Of a DNA stretch of 64,000 nt, positions 62,140 to 64,000 are shown piece after piece; the first letter of the stretch is position 1, and each line of letters opens with the position of its first letter. The translations under genes were made by a program, and so were the position numbers. The notes beneath the pieces are model-generated. The model saw only the letters and a list, made by a program, of their open reading frames with translations. It searched no databases and was not told the DNA's origin. Source of the DNA: Mobula hypostoma (Eukaryota); contig NC_086097.1 in the NCBI RefSeq assembly GCF_963921235.1, positions 9,858,001 through 9,922,000 on the forward strand, given 5' to 3'.

Positions 62140-63612
62140 TTATCAGGAAACCTCACCAATGCTTCTACCTTCTGAGGAGGCTGAAGACAGGTTCACACCA
62201 ATACTCACGACCTTCTACAGATGCGCATTAGAGAGCATCCTAATGTACTGCATCAGTGCATGGAATGGAAAGTGCACTGCAGCAGACAGGAATGCTCTAC
62301 AACGAGTAATGAAAACTACCCAATGCATTACTGGCACCAACCTACCCACCATCAGGGACATATATACAGAAAGGTGTCGGAAAAGTGCAGGTAATATCTT
62401 GAAGGATCCTACCCACCCTGCTCATGGACTATTTGTCCCACTCTCATCAGGGAGGAGGCTACGTACCATCCATGCCAGGACCACCAGACTCATAAACAGT
62501 TACTTTCCCCAAGCAATGAGGTTGGTCAACACCTCCACCCACTGATGCACCCCACAACAACACTCGCCATCACTAATTTATCACTTCCTGTCAGAGGCAC
62601 CTTGTGTACAGACACTCCTGTACCTAGCCTCACTTTATGAACAAACAATTAATCCATGTACAGAAGCAATTGTAATGCCCTGGTTAAGATTTCGACTGCT
62701 ATGCTGTGAGGTGTATCATTTTAGTAGACCTGCCTGTAGAATGTTTCCTGTTCGGCTAAAGGTAAAGGGCCATATTGTTTATCTTAGGAATGTTGATTGA
62801 GACAATCAGGATGGTGGGATCGGGAGAAGATTTTAGAGAGAGTTGAATGGAGAGAAATTTGTTGTGGAAGTGATGCGGTTGTTGGTCTTTTGGCAGGAGA
62901 TGCAGTAACGAGAAGATTGGGAGAGATGCCCATAAGATTCAATCTGATGGGAAGATGCAATTGCAAGGGGTGCTTCTCAAGACAAAGAAGTCATAGTTGA
63001 GAAGCTGTACCAGTGACTTGTGATGAGAATTCAATGCCATGAGTAATGGTTATGACCAGCTTTTGGAAGAGATGAGCTCCAATGGACCTGTGCACATTTA
63101 AACTGGTCAGTTTGTAATGAGCCCTTTATTTTTATTCATTTCTTTTCTTTCTGTTAATAACTGTTTGATAAATCTGAAATTGGTAAATATACCCTGTTTA
63201 TAATTTTATGCTGGAATATGATTTGTCATTTCTTGGTGATGGGTAATTGTGTATGGGCAGTACTTATACAGCATTTGCTCAAATCAAGGCTCCGTTAATC
63301 AGAACATCCTAACTCTCGTGTTTGGTTGAACCCCAAAGAATACTAACCCTAGTGCTAGATTGTTTATGACATGTGGCCTTCTCACCATTGAGTCCTATGG
63401 CTGTTATCAGAGTTAGCTTTTGAGCCAAGTTTGCATACAAGCCTGGAGAGAGGTTTATACAACCTTATGTTTATATTTATTGTGCTTATTTATTATTGTG
63501 TTCTTTATCTTGTTATGTTTTTGGTGCTGCATCTGATCCAAAGTAACAATTATTTTGTTCTCTTTCACACTTGTGCATTGGAAATGACGTTAAGCAACCT
63601 TGAATCTTGAAT
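62140..63612 (+). mobile_element. Rex1/Babar 3' fragment with its 3' UTR split by a solo LTR
   Basis: ILTTFYRCALESILMYCISAWNG...KDPTHPAHGLF...YFPQAMRL; the UTR resumes at 63464. Confidence 0.85.
62671..63459. mobile_element. Solo LTR (family C, older)
   Basis: TGTAA...TTA(T)A termini; caat/caac 4-bp TSD; interrupts a Rex1 UTR. Confidence 0.65.
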
Positions 63613-63642
63613 TGAATTTACTCACTGCATCTTGCGGTCACG

Positions 63643-63853
63643 ATTCATTGATATGGAGACGTTCTTGACCATAAAATGTCCCAAAGGGCTCTGAAATACT
63701 GGCAGTGAAGTACTTTTGAGATGTTGTGTCCCACAAAGGGGAAATGCGGAAGCCAACTTGCTTACAAATTCTCTCAAATAACAGTCAGATAATTTAATTT
63801 TACTGCTGTCGATAGAATGATAAATATATACCAGAACACCAGGGAGAAGTCCA
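63643..63853 (-). mobile_element. Ancient DeuSINE remnant
   Basis: gtcccaaagggct...gaagtacttttga...ggaaatgcggaagccaacttg...cagataat...gataaatat..ccagaacaccagggagaagtcc is the reverse complement of the Deu domain and tail. Confidence 0.7.
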
Positions 63854-64000
63854 GTGAGTGAAATTTCCTTTAATCCCTGTGCTGCGAAAATTGTTAACAG
63901 CTATGTGTTGTATTCTAATCTTAAATGATTGAGCAATAACATTTCTCAGCATCCACAAGTCTATGCTGTAGACTGAATGATTGGTGCGGTGAATAGTCCA

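Overview
This is eukaryotic, gene-free (intronic or intergenic) vertebrate DNA made mostly of transposable elements. The repeat set points to a cartilaginous fish, most likely a ray (inference): CR1/HER1-type LINEs with (TTCTATG)n and (TTATGGTC)n tails, HE1-type V-SINEs, DeuSINEs, Rex1/Babar and RTE LINEs, and Penelope-like elements. I recognised no host exon; every ORF I could identify is retrotransposon- or transposon-derived. Main structures: (1) a near-full-length CR1 at ~41.5-46.6 kb with a zinc-finger/SGNH-esterase ORF1 and an APE-RT ORF2, plus two young 5'-truncated CR1s; (2) a near-full-length Rex1/Babar LINE; (3) a stop-free RTE 3' fragment; (4) Penelope-like GIY-YIG fragments, one with an intact-looking minimal hammerhead ribozyme at 14515-14552; (5) five solo LTRs with 4-bp TSDs; (6) a modular multi-TIR mariner MITE family; (7) two ancient DeuSINEs; (8) a fragmented hAT element that I recall as closely resembling mammalian Charlie4a, a horizontal-transfer candidate; (9) a unique island with a perfect DR4 nuclear-receptor motif. 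Many insertions are nested, with readable TSDs. Family names come from recall, not database searches. Boundaries without a stated TSD are approximate.
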